Assembly (NCBI GenBank): GCA_002269645.1
Contig: NIVC01000344.1
Coordinates: 262,745 to 326,744, forward strand
Direction: 5' to 3'
DNA: 64,000 nucleotides
Origin: Macrostomum lignano
Lineage: Eukaryota
Shown: piece by piece, positions 43,159-56,768 of the stretch
Layout of the letters: each line of letters begins with the position of its first letter
Numbering within the stretch: position 1 is the stretch's first letter
Made by a program: the position numbers and the translations under genes
Notes under the pieces: model-generated
What the model saw: only the letters and a program-made list of their open reading frames with translations
Database searches by the model: none
Told to the model about the DNA's origin: nothing

Positions 43159-46134
43159 CTTTTTTCTGCTTGCTTTCTTTGCCTTTTCTTTTTTCGAACA
43201 CCAAAGTCCCGAGTTCGAATTCAGTTTTCTAATTGACCTTGGAAGTTTCTAAGAAAAATGGATGACCCTACTAAAGCAAATCCAGGCAAAGTCATTGGAA
43301 TGTTGCAGTCAATCGATAATCCGATAATCCGAACTCTGAAATGTCTGTACACTAAACCAATTGCCTTCTAATCAGCAGAAGCAGAACATGAGTGCATGGG
43401 CGCAGTTAAAGAGCAGGTGGATTATTAGATTAAGCCATATGCAATTATTCTCTTGCTCTAAGCCATATTGTGGCAGTGTAGCTCTCCGTCTCTCTCTTTC
43501 TCACTACGAGTTGTGCGTTACTGCAGTTCTGAAATTGTATTGCAAGTGAGTCATGGTAACAAACCTTCACAATGAGGGTAGGATTGGGTGTAGAGAGGAG
43601 AGAGAGAGAGAGAGGGCACAGCTGCACGCCTTCATCTACCCTCTGAATCCCTCTGCTCAAACCCGAGCCTTTTCCAGAGCTGCTGCACTGCCCGCGCCTC
43701 ACCTCCGACTCCTAATGCAGCTTGCAGCATCCCCAGCTGCATCGCGACTCAACCTCAAACCTCTTTGAATTATTAATCCTGCTGAGCCACTGGGACGCGC
43801 CCAGAGGCCGCTTCAGTTTTTCTTTCCGATTTTTTTCTGTTGGGAAGGGGGGAGGGGGTTTGGGGGACTGGGATTTGGGATGCGGGCTTCAGGCTTCATC
43901 CCCTGCCTTCCATCCCGTTGAGTTCAGCTAGCCAGCCTCATGCTCAAACCTTTCACACCTGTCCGTTTCCTATTGGCTCGCTGGGCCCCCACCTGAGATC
44001 CTGGCCTCTTCCCCTCATAGCTCTCTGTCAGTTTGGTCCCATGGCCCTGCGATGCCCCTGCAGGCCGCCCGTCTCGCATCTGCCTGCCCCATCCAAGGGG
44101 GATGCGAAGCATTGGAGAGGGCTGGAATGGTTTAGGGCCGAGGGGTAGGAAGTGAGGGACGAGAAAAGGATTTGGGGAGGAGGAAGTGGGGGAGACCGGC
44201 TGCTCAGGAGTGGGGGTGGGGCGGTTCTGTCGGAAGGGGATTAAGATGAGGCCGCGCCAGTCTTCCCAGCCTCTCCTCTCCGCTTCTCCCGCCTCGCTGC
44301 TCCCTGACTCTCTTCCCGACCGCCGCTTGCAGTTGCAATTCTTAGTCTTCGCTTCTCTGCTCGTTCCCCCTTCTTCTTCTCGCTCCTTCTGTGTGCGCGC
44401 GAGTTTGCCAAAAAAGAGTGGAGAGAGAGAGGATGGATATTTCTCCCTGCGAGAGCTGGACGAGGCTTGCTCGCTGTCCTCGGCGCGTTAACCAGCCTCC
44501 GGAGCTTCCCCATCCTCGCCTCCGTGCTCGCACAGGGTGTATACTAGCTAGAACTCCCCAGCGCACTCTGCTGTCCGCTACAACCCTGTCCAGCTCGCTT
44601 CTCCCTTTTGCCTTTCTATAGATCCCCTCCAGGAGAGTTTTATCTTCACAGTGAACCGACCAACCTAGCGCGGCAGTTGCTGACTCCCTCCAGTCTCGGA
44701 TGATTCCAGCCGGTAAGAGCACTTTCTATGAAGCAGACTCGGCAGCCGCAGAAATGCCGGCCTGGAAGACTAGTGATTTGTTGTCGCGAACTGCACTGTC
44801 GATGCGACTGGAGCCAATCAATTAGCAGGCCATTGACGGGCGAATTCCATAGAACCCAGGACCATCCCGTATTGCAGAGAGATTCCAAGCTTGCTTGACT
44901 GCAACAATGGATCATCTCCCTGACTTGATTGGGATGGTTAACTGAGAGGCTTATGGAATTGGCCATTGAATTTGTCTTAGTCTGCTATAAACATGACTCC
45001 GTGTTTGCATTTGATGCACCTGGCAACTGATCACAGCCTTCCACGCCGCGGGCCGTTGCGCATCACAGATTTTTTTGATTAAAATCGTTTCGTGTTTTCA
45101 AATACACAACAACTTATTTTAGTCTGTGTGATTAACAACAGCTTGTTTAATCCAATCGCTTTGGTTTGTTTTCATTCTCTAATTTTCATGTTCAATTTCT
45201 CTCGAAATATGAATGAAGACTATAAAAATTGATTAAAACAAGCAAAATAAACCTAGGATGCTCTACTGAAAGTAACAAGCCAAGTTTCGTATAGAAAAAT
45301 TATCGTATTTAATTTAATTTATTTAAAACCGGAAAGTATGGTAACTAATGAAACAAATACACTTGGCCAGGTTATTTTCACTACATATCGGCCGGCAAAA
45401 ATGTGTTGATTAATAACTGGTTAATTCGAGCATCGTACTCGGTGTCGATACTTTTCCAAGACAATATTCGACATAACTACTAGTGCAAATAAGTACTATA
45501 ACGGAAATCAGACAATAGAAATTAAATATTGCAAAAAATGCTTACAAAAAATTTAAATTTTAATAAAGAAATCAGAATATATAATTGCACACTGCCGAAG
45601 TACTAGCTGTAACGCACGCGACACGGTAGTCCCGCAGTCCGTTACGCCAAAGTGGAACTTTGCTTCTATTTTTAATAATGGCGTCACAATTGAAATTTGA
45701 AAATAGTCGGCGCACACTACTACTGAATGTAGCAACGCGTGCAAAGTCCAGATTTCGATCTGTATAAATTCGAGAAGCACGTGATCCTTGTCAAGGCGAG
45801 AAAACAAAACAAATTTATTTATAACTTGCTGATAAAAATTAAGTGGCGGATAAGCTTTAGTTAACCTGCGCGAAGGTGCAATCGTGCGCATTAGAATTCG
45901 AATCTAAAGTGTGCTACGATTGGCATACGTTTTCAGCCATGCGTACCTATTCAGACATGAAGTCATTATTAGTCTGTGTTTGCGAAGAGTGATGAAGATG
46001 CAGCAAGCTGTGTCTAATTTTAGATCTGCGCTTTAAAAAATGTGCCGTCACGACTGCTGTGGACAATAACAAAGTTTTATATTTTTAACCCTCATTTATT
46101 TTGCGCTAGGCGCTAGGTTGTACGACACCGGGGA

Positions 46135-46800
46135 ACATGAGACACCTGGGAATGAGACACCTGCGGAATGAGACACCCGGGAATGAGACACCCGGGAATG
46201 AGACACCCGGGAATGAGACATCTGGGAATGAGACACCCGGGAATGAGAGACACAGGAAAATGAGACACCGGGGAGTGAGACACCAGGGAGTGAGACACCG
46301 GGAGTGAGACACCAGGGAGTGAGACACCAGGGAGTGAGACACCAGGGAGTGAGACACCAGGGAGTGAGACACCAGGGAATGAGACACCAGGGAGTGAGAC
46401 ACCAGGGAGTGAGACACCAGGGAATGAGACACCAGGGAGTGAGACACCAGGGAGTAAGACACCAGGGAGTGAGACACAGGGGAGTAAGACACCAGGGAGT
46501 GAGACACCGAGGAGTAATACACAGGGGAGTAAGACACAGGGGAGTAAGACACCAGGGAGTAAGACACAGGGGAGTAAGACACCAAGGAGTGAGAAATAGG
46601 GGAATGAGAGAGACACCGGGGAGTAAGACACCGGGGAGTAAGACACCAGGGAGTGAGACAACAGGGGATGAGAGAGACACCGGGGAGTAAGACACAGTGG
46701 AGTAAGACGCCAGGGAGTGAGACACCCTGTGTAGTGAGAGAACCTGGGGAATAAGACACCAGGGAATAAGACACGGGGGGATGAAACACCGGGGAATGAG
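46135..46800. repeat. 15-bp minisatellite GAGACACCAGGGAGT
   Basis: Period 15. Confidence 0.95.
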
Positions 46801-47324
46801 AGACAGCATGTAATGAGAAATGAGGTTTGATTATATTTTTAATTTTCTCAATGCAAGCAGCAGCAGCAGCCACAGCCAGTCACTGAATCATATCTGCGAA
46901 CATTGCCTTTGTTTCAGAAATCTCTCTTTAGCAAAGAGGAACCAAAAGCGATATGAAATATGAATATTTGTCTTTGCTTTCCTTCCTTTCTGTCCAGGCC
47001 GCTTCTTGTGGGTGTGCAACTATGACTAACTACCTGACCTGGCGATACACGGGGTGAATCACCCCCGGTCTGTCGCATGCCCCCCCCCACCGCCAACCCC
47101 CTCTCAATCCTTACCCCCGAGATGCCTCGATAACATTTGAATCATCAACGACGAGTTTTACTTTTGGTAATTAAAACGTATTACACGTAAATGTTATACA
47201 CTTCTGAGTGAATTCGGCTTCATATTTTAATTGATAGTAATTGATAGTAATTGATTTAATTTTTCTGCAGACTGCAGCTGATTGAACTTTAAGTAGCATA
47301 TAGCGATGCTTTGTCAGTAAGAGC

Positions 47325-47890
47325 GCCATTCTACCGTTTTTTGGGCGCCATTCTACTGTATTTGAGGGCGCCATTCTACCGTATTTTGGGGCGCCATTCT
47401 ACTGTATTTGAGGGCGCCATTCTACTGTATTCAAGGGCGCTATTCTACTGTATTTGAGGGCGCCATTCTACTGCATTTGAGGACGCTATTCTACCGTATT
47501 TAAGGGCGCCATTCTACTGTATTCAAGGGCGCCATTCTACTGCATTTGAGGACGCTATTCTACCGTATTTAAGGGCGCCATTCTACTGTATTTGAGGGCC
47601 CCATTCTACTGTATTCAAGGGCGCCATTCTACTGTATTTGAGGGCGCCATTTTACTGTATTTGAGGGCGCCATTCTACTGTATTTGAGGGCGCCATTCTA
47701 CTGTATTTGAGGGCGCCATTCTACTCGTACTGTATTCAAGGGCGCCATTCTACCGTATTTTGGGGCGCCATTCTACTTTTTTTGAGGGCCGTCACTCTAC
47801 TCTTATTTGAGGGCACATTCTACTCATTTTGGGGGCGCCATTCTACTCATTTTGGGGGCGCTATTCTACTCATTTTGGGGGCGCCATTCT
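47325..47890. repeat. 23-bp minisatellite ACTGTATTTGAGGGCGCCATTCT
   Basis: Period 23. Confidence 0.93.
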
Positions 47891-48869
47891 TCTCTATTTC
47901 GGGGAAATTTCTCTTTTTAAAAACGTAGCTATACATATACATGTATCTTTCGGCCAAAGTGCTTTTTCGCAGTGACAATCATAATTTAAAAATGAATGCC
48001 ATTTAAAAGCTTAATTAATAATTATTGAGAATATTGGAAGCTCGAGCATTAGTGAATGCTGAGTAGCGAGCTCGGTTCGATAATGACTCACTGCAGACTC
48101 AAGGGGGGGAGAAAGCAGCGCGGATAAGAAAGAGGTTTGTCCGCGGAATGACAAAGTCATTCACTGACTCACAGCTTATCAAGATGATGGAGGCTGGACT
48201 GTAAAAGTTATTTTCGATATCTCCATGGGCTTAGTTCCCAATTTCGTACCAAGCCCCCCCCCCGAATCAGCATGTCAAATACTTCCTTATCATTTCACAT
48301 TGAACCTGCATGATAATTGTCCTACTTTGTATAGTTATTGTATAAAACTCTTCGTCGCTGATAGTAGTGTAGCTAGCAAAATTTTGCGCTTGAATTAGTT
48401 TTCAAAAAATATTGGCCACAATGAAATAACGAAGAAAGAAATTAATTAAATTCTTAAGGATTAACTTGTTTATTCTTTACACTTAACAATTGAAGCAAAT
48501 GCAATGTTCAGTCTGTGAGCAATACACAACGCACTACTACAATGTTAATAATGCTTAAATTGTTGATTTGAGACAGTTAAAAGTCTGCTCGGGACACATT
48601 AGAATTGGATTAATTTAATCTGTGAATTTTCTCAATCAGTAGTTACTTATATTAAAGGGCGAACGCGAGGTAGCCAGAATCCCGAATATAGAATGAATGG
48701 TTTGGTTTGCATAGTTCTCTGTCAGTAGTAAATATAACGAACGTTTTTTTACAGTTACAAATTGCACAGAGGCTGATTATATTTACAATAAGCATTCTAC
48801 TTCTTCAAGTACGGCCGGAGAATTCTCGTAGTTTGAGTTTATCGTTTGAGTTCAATTTGATTTTGTGCC

Positions 48870-49373
48870 CTAGGATGAGCAGGTCAGGTAGGGCAGCGCT
48901 TGGGATTCGAGGAATGACGCTTGCAGAGAGCCAAGGAGCTGTTGCTGTTGCTGCTGCGACGACTCGGTCTCATCACTGTGCACCTTTGCTTGTTTTGGCA
49001 AGGAAGGTGCCGACACAGCGATAGCAGATTGCTGCTCCTGCTGTTGCTGCTGAAACTCGATACTCGAGCTGGCCCGCTTCCCTAGACTCGAGCTGGAGTT
49101 ATCGGTAGCTGATACCGGATGCTGATTGCTAACAGAAGTGGCATTAACAGTCTCCAATCGTGCTTCAGTTAGTTGCCGGGCTCGCTGCTGCAGAATGCCG
49201 GTCCTGGCCTTGAAAATCACGTTGGCAATAAGCAGATTCCGGCGCAGATCGATGCCTGTTCTGCGTCTGCGCGAGTCAGCAATTTTGCAAACCGACCATT
49301 GCAGAATCTTTGGGTAGGATGAAGCTTGAGAAGCAGCGGCGTCTGTGATAGAACAGTCTTGCTGTTGTTGCAT
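48870..49373 (-). CDS. Intronless IER-family (IER2/IER5-like immediate-early response) protein, 167 aa
   Basis: KILQWSVCKIADSRRRRTGIDLRRNLLIANVIFKAR aligns without gaps to the remembered IER N-terminal domain (IER5 [36 protein letters not shown]). Low-complexity S/Q tail; TATA-like 49536-49541; AATAAA (minus strand) 48469-48474. Confidence 0.72.
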   Translation of the reverse strand: MQQQQDCSITDAAASQASSYPKILQWSVCKIADSRRRRTGIDLRRNLLIANVIFKARTGILQQRARQLTEARLETVNATSVSNQHPVSATDNSSSSLGKRASSSIEFQQQQQEQQSAIAVSAPSLPKQAKVHSDETESSQQQQQQLLGSLQASFLESQALPYLTCSS

Positions 49374-49534
49374 TTTCGAGCCGATTCAAATGTGAAGTTT
49401 TGTTTGAATGACAAGCAAAGACAGGGTGCTCTACGAAGCTTAATAATAATAGACAGGGGCAAAGCAATTCGATTGCAATGCGTGACAGACAGGCCAGCGT
49501 GGCAGGGCAGAGGCGTTATTGGAGTGTAGACTGA

Positions 49535-49957
49535 CTATATATGGTTCTCTTCCTTTGCTCGGGGGGAGGGGTTGAAACGGGGGTTGGAACGCGGAGTTTG
49601 GGGTGCAAACGATTTCTAATTGGCTAGACTGGACATATGGGCACCGACAAGAATGATAGCTACAATCTAAAAATAGAACAGCGCCGACCGCCGCGACCAA
49701 TGGAATTCAACCGTTTCAAGGTCGTTAGTGAAATGTGCGGGCGCGGTAAGGAGAATCCCGACTAAAACACGGGGTGTCTGTGGGGGTGATAATTTCAAAG
49801 AGAAAATGAACTCGGGGGGGGGGGGAATGCCCACGTGCACAAAGCAAGCACATGACATCTACTTACTCACCGGGAATTGTGTCGTCATCATGCACGCGAA
49901 ACTTTAAAATTCTTTGTTTCGAAGTTTCGAAAAAGAGCTTAGTTGGTGTCGTCATCA
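49535..49957 (-). promoter_or_regulatory. Proximal promoter of the IER-like gene
   Basis: CCATATATAG (49535-49544), CCAAT (49619-49623), and two identical GTGTCGTCATCA 12-mers containing half-CRE TGACG (49879-49890, 49946-49957). Confidence 0.45.
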
Positions 49958-50694
49958 CCGCTCAACAGCTTGGCGTCCCAGGGTAGGGTTTTCAGGGGGT
50001 AAGGAAAACAGAGTTCAGATTTGAGAGGCAGTTTTTAACCCTCCTCTTCCACTCCTATCTCTCCCAAACTAAATCTATACCCAAATCGCGATACAGCCAG
50101 TCATTTTATTACGCCGAAGTAAACCCCATCCATAGTTTTTACAACATGGGATACACGGGCCAGACTTTGGGAGGGGGGAATCGGTGAGACAGAAAGGTCG
50201 GTGTGGTGGTGATTCAGAGAATAACCAAAGCTCCCACTAGCTTCAGAAACTGTAGATCGAATTGCCTCGGTGTCATGATGGGACGATATGTCACCGAAGG
50301 CGTTCATATCTTAAGGTGGTCCAAATTTAAATTAAGAATAAATGCATTTAACCCACCAACCGCAGGACGTGCGAGAATACAGTTAAATTAATTATTTATT
50401 TAATTACACCAGTTATTTAGCAGCCATTCCACCCTCGCCCAGCCAGCCTGTCTGGCAGCCAAAAGCATACAAAAAAGGCGAGACAAAACAAGACGAGAAA
50501 CTCAAACCGAAAATAAGAACAATTTCTATAAATGGATGTCAACGAAAAAAAAACAGAAAACTAAATAGCGTCGTATCCAAGCCGAGTAAGTGGGCAGCAG
50601 CAGAGATAGAGGGACAAAAAGGTTAGACAAACTTTTAAGAATTGCATTTTCTCAGGCCACATTTTGTCTGCAAGGCTTGCTATTTTAGAGGCTC

Positions 50695-51860
50695 CGATGC
50701 TTCAGCAGGCGAAGCATCCACTGCCCCCTGGTGCTTCAGCAGGCGCAGCATCCACTGCCCCCTGGTGCTTCAGCAGGCGCAGCATCCACTGCCCCCTGGT
50801 GCTTCAGCAGGCGCAGCATCCACTGCCCCCTGGTGCTTCAGCAGGCGCAGCATCCACTGCCCCCTGGTGCTTCAGCAGGCGCAGCATCCACTGCCCCCTG
50901 GTGCTTCAGCAGGCGAAGCATCCACTGCCCCTGGTGCTTCAGCAGGCGAAGCATCCACTGCCCCCTGGTGCTTCAGCAGGCGCAGCATCCACTGCCCCCT
51001 CCGATGCTTCAGCAGGCGCAGCATCCACTGCCCCCTCCGATGCTTCAGCAGGCGCAGCATCCACTGCCCCCTGGTGCTTCAGCAGGCGAAGCATCCACTG
51101 CCCCCTGGTGCTTCAGCAGGCGCAGCATCCACTGCCCCCTGGTGCTTCAGCAGGCGCAGCATCCACTGCCCCCTCCGATGCTTCAGCAGGCGCAGCATCC
51201 ACTGCCCCCTCCGATGCTTCAGCAGGCGCAGCATCCACTGCCCCCTCCGATGCTTCAGCAGGCGCAGCATCCACTGCCCCCTCCGATGCTTCAGCAGGCG
51301 CAGCATCCACTGCCCCTCCGATGCTTCAGCAGGCGCAGCATCCACTGCCCCCTCCGATGCTTCAGCAGGCGCAGCATCCACTGCCCCCTCCGATGCTTCA
51401 GCAGGCGCAGCATCCACTGCCCCCTCCGATGCTTCAGCAGGCGCAGCATCCACTGCCCCCTCCGATGCTTCAGCAGGCGCAGCATCCACTGCCCCCTGGT
51501 GCTTCAGCAGGCGCAGCATCCACTGCCCCCTCCGATGCTTCAGCAGGCGCAGCATCCACTGCCCCCTCCGATGCTTCAGCAGGCGCAGCATCCACTGCCC
51601 CCTCCGATGCTTCAGCAGGCGCAGCATCCACTGCCCCCTCCGATGCTTCAGCAGGCGCAGCATCCACTGCCCCCTCCGATGCTTCAGCAGGCGCAGCATC
51701 CACTGCCCCCTCCGATGCTTCAGCAGGCGCAGCATCCACTGCCCCCTCCGATGCTTCAGCAGGCGCAGCATCCACTGCCCCTCCGATGCTTCAGCAGGCG
51801 CAGCATCCACTGCCCCCTCCGATGCTTCAGCAGGCGCAGCATCCACTGCCCCCCCCCTGA
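50695..51860. repeat. 34/36-bp GC-rich minisatellite GCTTCAGCAGGCGCAGCATCCACTGCCCCCTCCGAT
   Basis: Tandem array; variable unit length shifts the frames. Confidence 0.97.
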
Positions 51861-52584
51861 TGCCTCATTAGGCCACACCAATGTCCTTCAGGAGTCGGCA
51901 GAGGACTCAACTCAATCTGCAAGCAGCTCCCATAAGCTCAGTCAAATCTCACCCATTCACTCCGCAGGCAGCCGGCTAAATATGGAACGGCATTTCTTCC
52001 CTAAGGCTCCTATCAAGTGCAGCGGCTCCCTTGTGTTGAACTCTAGCAAGTCCGCAACTGCAAAGAGAAGAGGCGAACAGGAGACGCGCGCTGGGGTTGG
52101 GCAAGGACAGGACCAGGGAAACGGAAAAGTTTTATTTGGAGAGGAGTAAAAATGGCGGAGGCGGGGAGGCTGGGGTGGCTGCCTCTGTTCCCGGGCGAGA
52201 ATGCGGAGGCGGTCACCGGAGGGGAGGCAGAGCCAGCAGTGCGTGGGCGTGGATTCGGGACTTCTGCCTGCTCTGCCCCTCCCCCTCTTTATAGATTTCG
52301 CCCTCATTCGTCTCCAACCGGTTTTATTGTGGAGGGGCGACAAACCGGGACAGCTCGGCCATTGACTCTCCCTTCCTTCCAGTCCTTGTCCTTGCCTGGC
52401 CTTTCAAACTCAAAAGCTTCCACAATATCGAGGCGTACTTTAGTACCAACCCGTCAACGACTGCAGAGTTTCACTCTGCGATACACCGCCCCCAGTGTCA
52501 ATTCTTCCCCATCATCTACACTGGGAGTCTTACTAAACTTCCTTTCAGTTATGAAAAGAGTGTTATGTGCTATAGCGCTGAGCA

Positions 52585-53100
52585 AGAAACACATGCAGAC
52601 TTGGCACAGTCTGACACAATCTAAGGTAGAAACACATGCAGACTTGGCACAGTCTGACACAATCTAAGGTAGAAACACATGCAGACTTGGCACAGTCTGA
52701 CACAATCTAAGGTAGAAACACATGCAGACTTGGCACAGTCTGACACAATCTAAGGTAGAAACACATGCAGACTTGGCACAGTCTGACACAATCTAAGGTA
52801 GAAACACATGCAGACTTGGCACAGTCTGACACAATCTAAGGTAGAAACACATGCAGACTTGGCACAGTCTGACACAATCTAAGGTAGAAACACATGCAGA
52901 CTTGGCACAGTCTGACACAATCTAAGGTAGAAACACATGCAGACTTGGCACAGTCTGACACAATCTAAGGTAGAAACACATGCAGACTTGGCACAGTCTG
53001 ACACAATACAAAACTTGGCGCAGTCTGACACAATACAAAACTATCGCAGTCTGACACAATACACAACTTGGCGCAGTCTGACACAATACAAGTTAGAAAC
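52585..53100. repeat. 43-bp minisatellite
   Basis: CTAAGGTAGAAACACATGCAGACTTGGCACAGTCTGACACAAT. Confidence 0.96.
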
Positions 53101-53719
53101 ACACAGTAAAAAGTGCCTGCCAGATATTATAGAAAGGAAGCGTGGAAATGTGATGCAATATCTGGAATGAAACGCACATTCAAAGCAGATTTTAATGGCG
53201 AAACCTGATAAAACTGATCTTTCGCATCCTTTTTTTGTCAGGGCACTTTAATAGATAACAGAAAAGATGAGTCAGAGCCAAAAATGGCAAAGCAAAAATA
53301 TATGAAATTCAGCTTGAATTAGCATATAGTACCTAGTTATGCACCGAGCACACACACGGGATAAACCCTGGACCTGAAAGAGAAAAAGAAACGGTTTCAT
53401 TTGGCTGACCCGAAAGTGCAGGAAAATGCGAGACGGCTGTCGGCTGATTTAAAAATAGCACGTATTTCTTGCTGATTGTGTAGTCCAAGTGGTCATGCCT
53501 AATTATAGAATTTCTAGCCTTATTATTGCAGAGTGCACGAACTGAATGTTGTTGTGATTGAAAAGTAGATATTGTAATAAAAAACATACGCAGACAAGCC
53601 ATGTGATTTTGTTAAACAAAATTTTGTTTCAAACCCCAAATGCAACTTGACTCAGAGTTGGAAAAATGAAAAGTACATGTAAAAACAAGACAAATTAAAT
53701 GTTCGAACTGGAGTGACAC

Positions 53720-54195
53720 TCGTGTACGCACTGGGCGGTGAGGTTTAGGCCATAGACAGTGAAGATAAAGACACTTGTGTACACACTGGGCGGTGGGGTT
53801 TAGGCCATAGACAGTGAAGATAAAGACACTTGTGTACACACTGGGCGGTGAGGTTTAGGCCATAGACAGTGAAGATAAAGACACTTGTGTACACACTGGG
53901 CGGTGAGGTTTAGGCCATAGACAGTGAAGATAGAGACCTTGTGCACACACTGGGCGGTGGGTTTAGGCCATAGACAGTGAAGATAAAGACACTTGTGTAC
54001 ACACTGGGCAGTGAGGTTTAGGCCATAGACAGTGAAGATAAAGACACTTGTGTACACACTGGGCGGTGAGGTTTAGGCCATAGACAGTGAAGATAAAGAC
54101 ACTTGTGTACACACTGGGCGGTGGTTTAGGCCATATACAGTGAAGATAGAGACCTTGTGTACACACTGGGCGGTGGGGTTTAGGCCATAGACAAG
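53720..54195. repeat. 55-bp minisatellite
   Basis: GAAGATAAAGACACTTGTGTACACACTGGGCGGTGAGGTTTAGGCCATAGACAGT. Confidence 0.95.
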
Positions 54196-54994
54196 ATTGT
54201 AAGAGACTGATCAAAACTGCAAACTGCTAGGAATTATGGTAAAAAGACTGACTTTCCTAATTTAATTTTTCTGAACATTCGCTCAGAAGCAATTTTAGGG
54301 GACCTGTCAGACTAGCTGGCAGATGGATGAGGTAAGCAGAAAATTTTCCTTCCACCGAAAGAAACCAGAAAGAAGAGAAGAAAAACAAATTCCATTTTCT
54401 AAATGCACAAGCAAAAGAGAAAAAAAGTCGTTGACCAGGATTCGATAGCAAGCAAGCGCTTTTGCTTGCCCGCTTCTGGCTGACTGCTGCAGATGGGAAA
54501 TAGAATTACGTAATAATCCCCTATCCTCCCAACGCGTCACCTCGGCACTATCCACCCCCCCCCCTAAAGGGTCAATGTTAGAGACTTCGCTCTAGTGTGT
54601 TTTAGCGTGCTGGTATAAGCGGAGTGAGTCATTTCTCGTGCCAACGCCATGGTCCCCCACCTGGTAAGGCTCTGTCAGCTTTATAGTATTAATAGATTGC
54701 AATAATAACACATAGTATTATGGCTTTGCAACACCGGGGGGGGGTTTAGCCATATGAAACACGAGGGGAGAGGGGCAACGTTGGAGGGGAGGCGCGTACG
54801 AGTCATCGAAAGCAGGCGGCTCTTTCGCCCGATGACTCAATGCGAGTGCTTCGATAGACTCGTGACCATCTTGTCTGCCAGTCTAATTCATTTTACAGCT
54901 AATAACTGGAATATGAAAGTTAAACATCGTGTGTGTGATTTTATTAAATTTTATTGAGTAGATTATGATTATATTTTTGGTATTGGTTTTTTTA

Positions 54995-55435
54995 ATGACT
55001 AGATTTTTCACTAGTGTGATGTGACTAGATTTCAGTTTAGTTTGGCTAGATTTCAGTTTAGTTTGGCTAGATTTCAGTTTAGTGTTATTTGATTTCAGAT
55101 TGATTGTGACTAGATTTCAGTTTAATGTGACTAGATTTCAGTTTAGAGATTAGATTTCAGTTTAGTATGACTAAATTTCAGATTGATTGTGACTAGATTT
55201 CAGTTTAGTTTGGCTAGATTTCAGTTTAATGTGACTAGATTTCAGTTTCGAGATTAGATTTCAGTTTGGAGATTAGATTTCAGTTTAATGTGACTAGATT
55301 TCAGTTTCGAGATTAGATTTCAGTTTGGAGATTAGATTTCAGTTTAATGTGACTAGATTTCAGTTTCGAGATTAGATTTCAGTTTGGAGATTAGATTTCA
55401 GTTTAGAGATTAGATTTCAGTTTAGCGTGACTAGA
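54995..55435. repeat. Degenerate minisatellite with core TAGATTTCAGTTT
   Basis: Tandem array with alternating variants. Confidence 0.9.
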
Positions 55436-56147
55436 CTTTAATTCCGTAACTCGAATAACAAGATTTCTATCCAGAGTGAGCAGATTCATATTTAGAGTGG
55501 CCATATTTAGGTAAAGAGCAACTAGATTAGTAATTAGAATGTCTAGACAATCGCACCGACGGCTTGCTTGAAGAATCAAAACGAGCGCGGGATCCGCATA
55601 CTAATTACAGGCAGAAGAAGCAAAATGGGGAACTCAGCTGAGCACTGCCTGTCCGCCCTCGCCCACTAATTTGGGGATAATTTTTTTCGCTCTCTCGCAG
55701 ACTGCAGGGTTTTTTCGCCTTGCAGGAAAAGCGATGCATTTCCAAATTTGGTATCTCCAAATTTGGTGCAGCAAAATTACTGTATTTGAGCATAGCGGCG
55801 AAGAAAAGCCGATTAGCGTTGGACTGTTAGTCAGTGTACTTTTAGTTCCACAGGAGAGCTCAATGAGAAGTTTTTATAAATTAGTTAAACATTTCCACTG
55901 AGCCCGGAAGCGAAAACAGTTGACGACAAAAGTGCAAGGCCTTTTTGGTAATTGGTAATTGGTAATTAAAAAGGCCGCGAGAGTAAACACATTTTTGAAG
56001 GCTTAAATTATAAATAAGATTATTACTGGTTTATATTTCAAATGTTTTCAGATATTAGAAATGCAATATAAATGCCAATTAGAATTTATATTGAATAGCA
56101 ATTCATTACTGTGAACTAGCATTACATATTATGACAATTATTGACAG

Positions 56148-56760
56148 CGGGTGTGACAGTGGGATGAGTGTGACAGTGAGGTAAGTGTGACAGTGAGGTA
56201 AGTGTGACAGTGAGGTAAGTGTGACAGTGAGGTGAGTGTGACAGTGAGGTGAGTGTGACAGTGAGGTGAGTGTGACAGTGAGGTGAGTGTGACAATGAGG
56301 TGAGTGTGACAGTGAGGTGAGTGTGACAGTGAGGTGAGTGTGACAGTGAGGTGAGTGTGACAATGAGGTGAGTGTGACAGTGAGGTGGGTGTGACAATGA
56401 GGTGAGTGTGACAGTGAGGTGAGTGTGACAGTGAGGTGAGTGTGACAATGAGGTGAGTGTGACAGTGAGGTGAGTGTGACAATGAGGTGAGTGTGACAAT
56501 GAGGTGAGTGTGACAGTGAGGTGAGTGTGACAATGAGGTGAGTGTGACAGTGAGGTGGGTGTGACAATGAGGTGAGTGTGACAGTGAGGTGGTGTGACAA
56601 TGAGGTGAGTGTGACAGTGAGGTGAGTGTGACAATGAGGTGAGTGTGACAATGAGGTGAGTGTGACAATGAGGTGAGTGTGACAATGAGGTGAGTGTGAC
56701 AGTGAGTTGAGTGTGACAGTGCGGTGTGACAGTGAGGTGAGGTGTGACAGTGAGGTGGCA
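56148..56760. repeat. 17-bp minisatellite GTGACAGTGAGGTGAGT
   Basis: Period 17; begins about 10 nt past the cGLR-like stop codon. Confidence 0.96.
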
Positions 56761-56768
56761 GTGCGAGC

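Noticed and set aside
45553-45891. 112-aa minus-strand ORF
   Set aside because: AT-rich, non-ATG start, no recognisable domain or splice signals.
50642-52149. Three overlapping 400-470-aa ORFs (mucin-like or Q/P-rich)
   Set aside because: A 34/36-bp minisatellite whose unit-length changes rotate the frames; there is no unique domain or splice context.
52585-54195. 43-bp and 55-bp direct repeats resembling CRISPR arrays
   Set aside because: The units are contiguous without unique spacers, there are no cas genes, and the context is eukaryotic.
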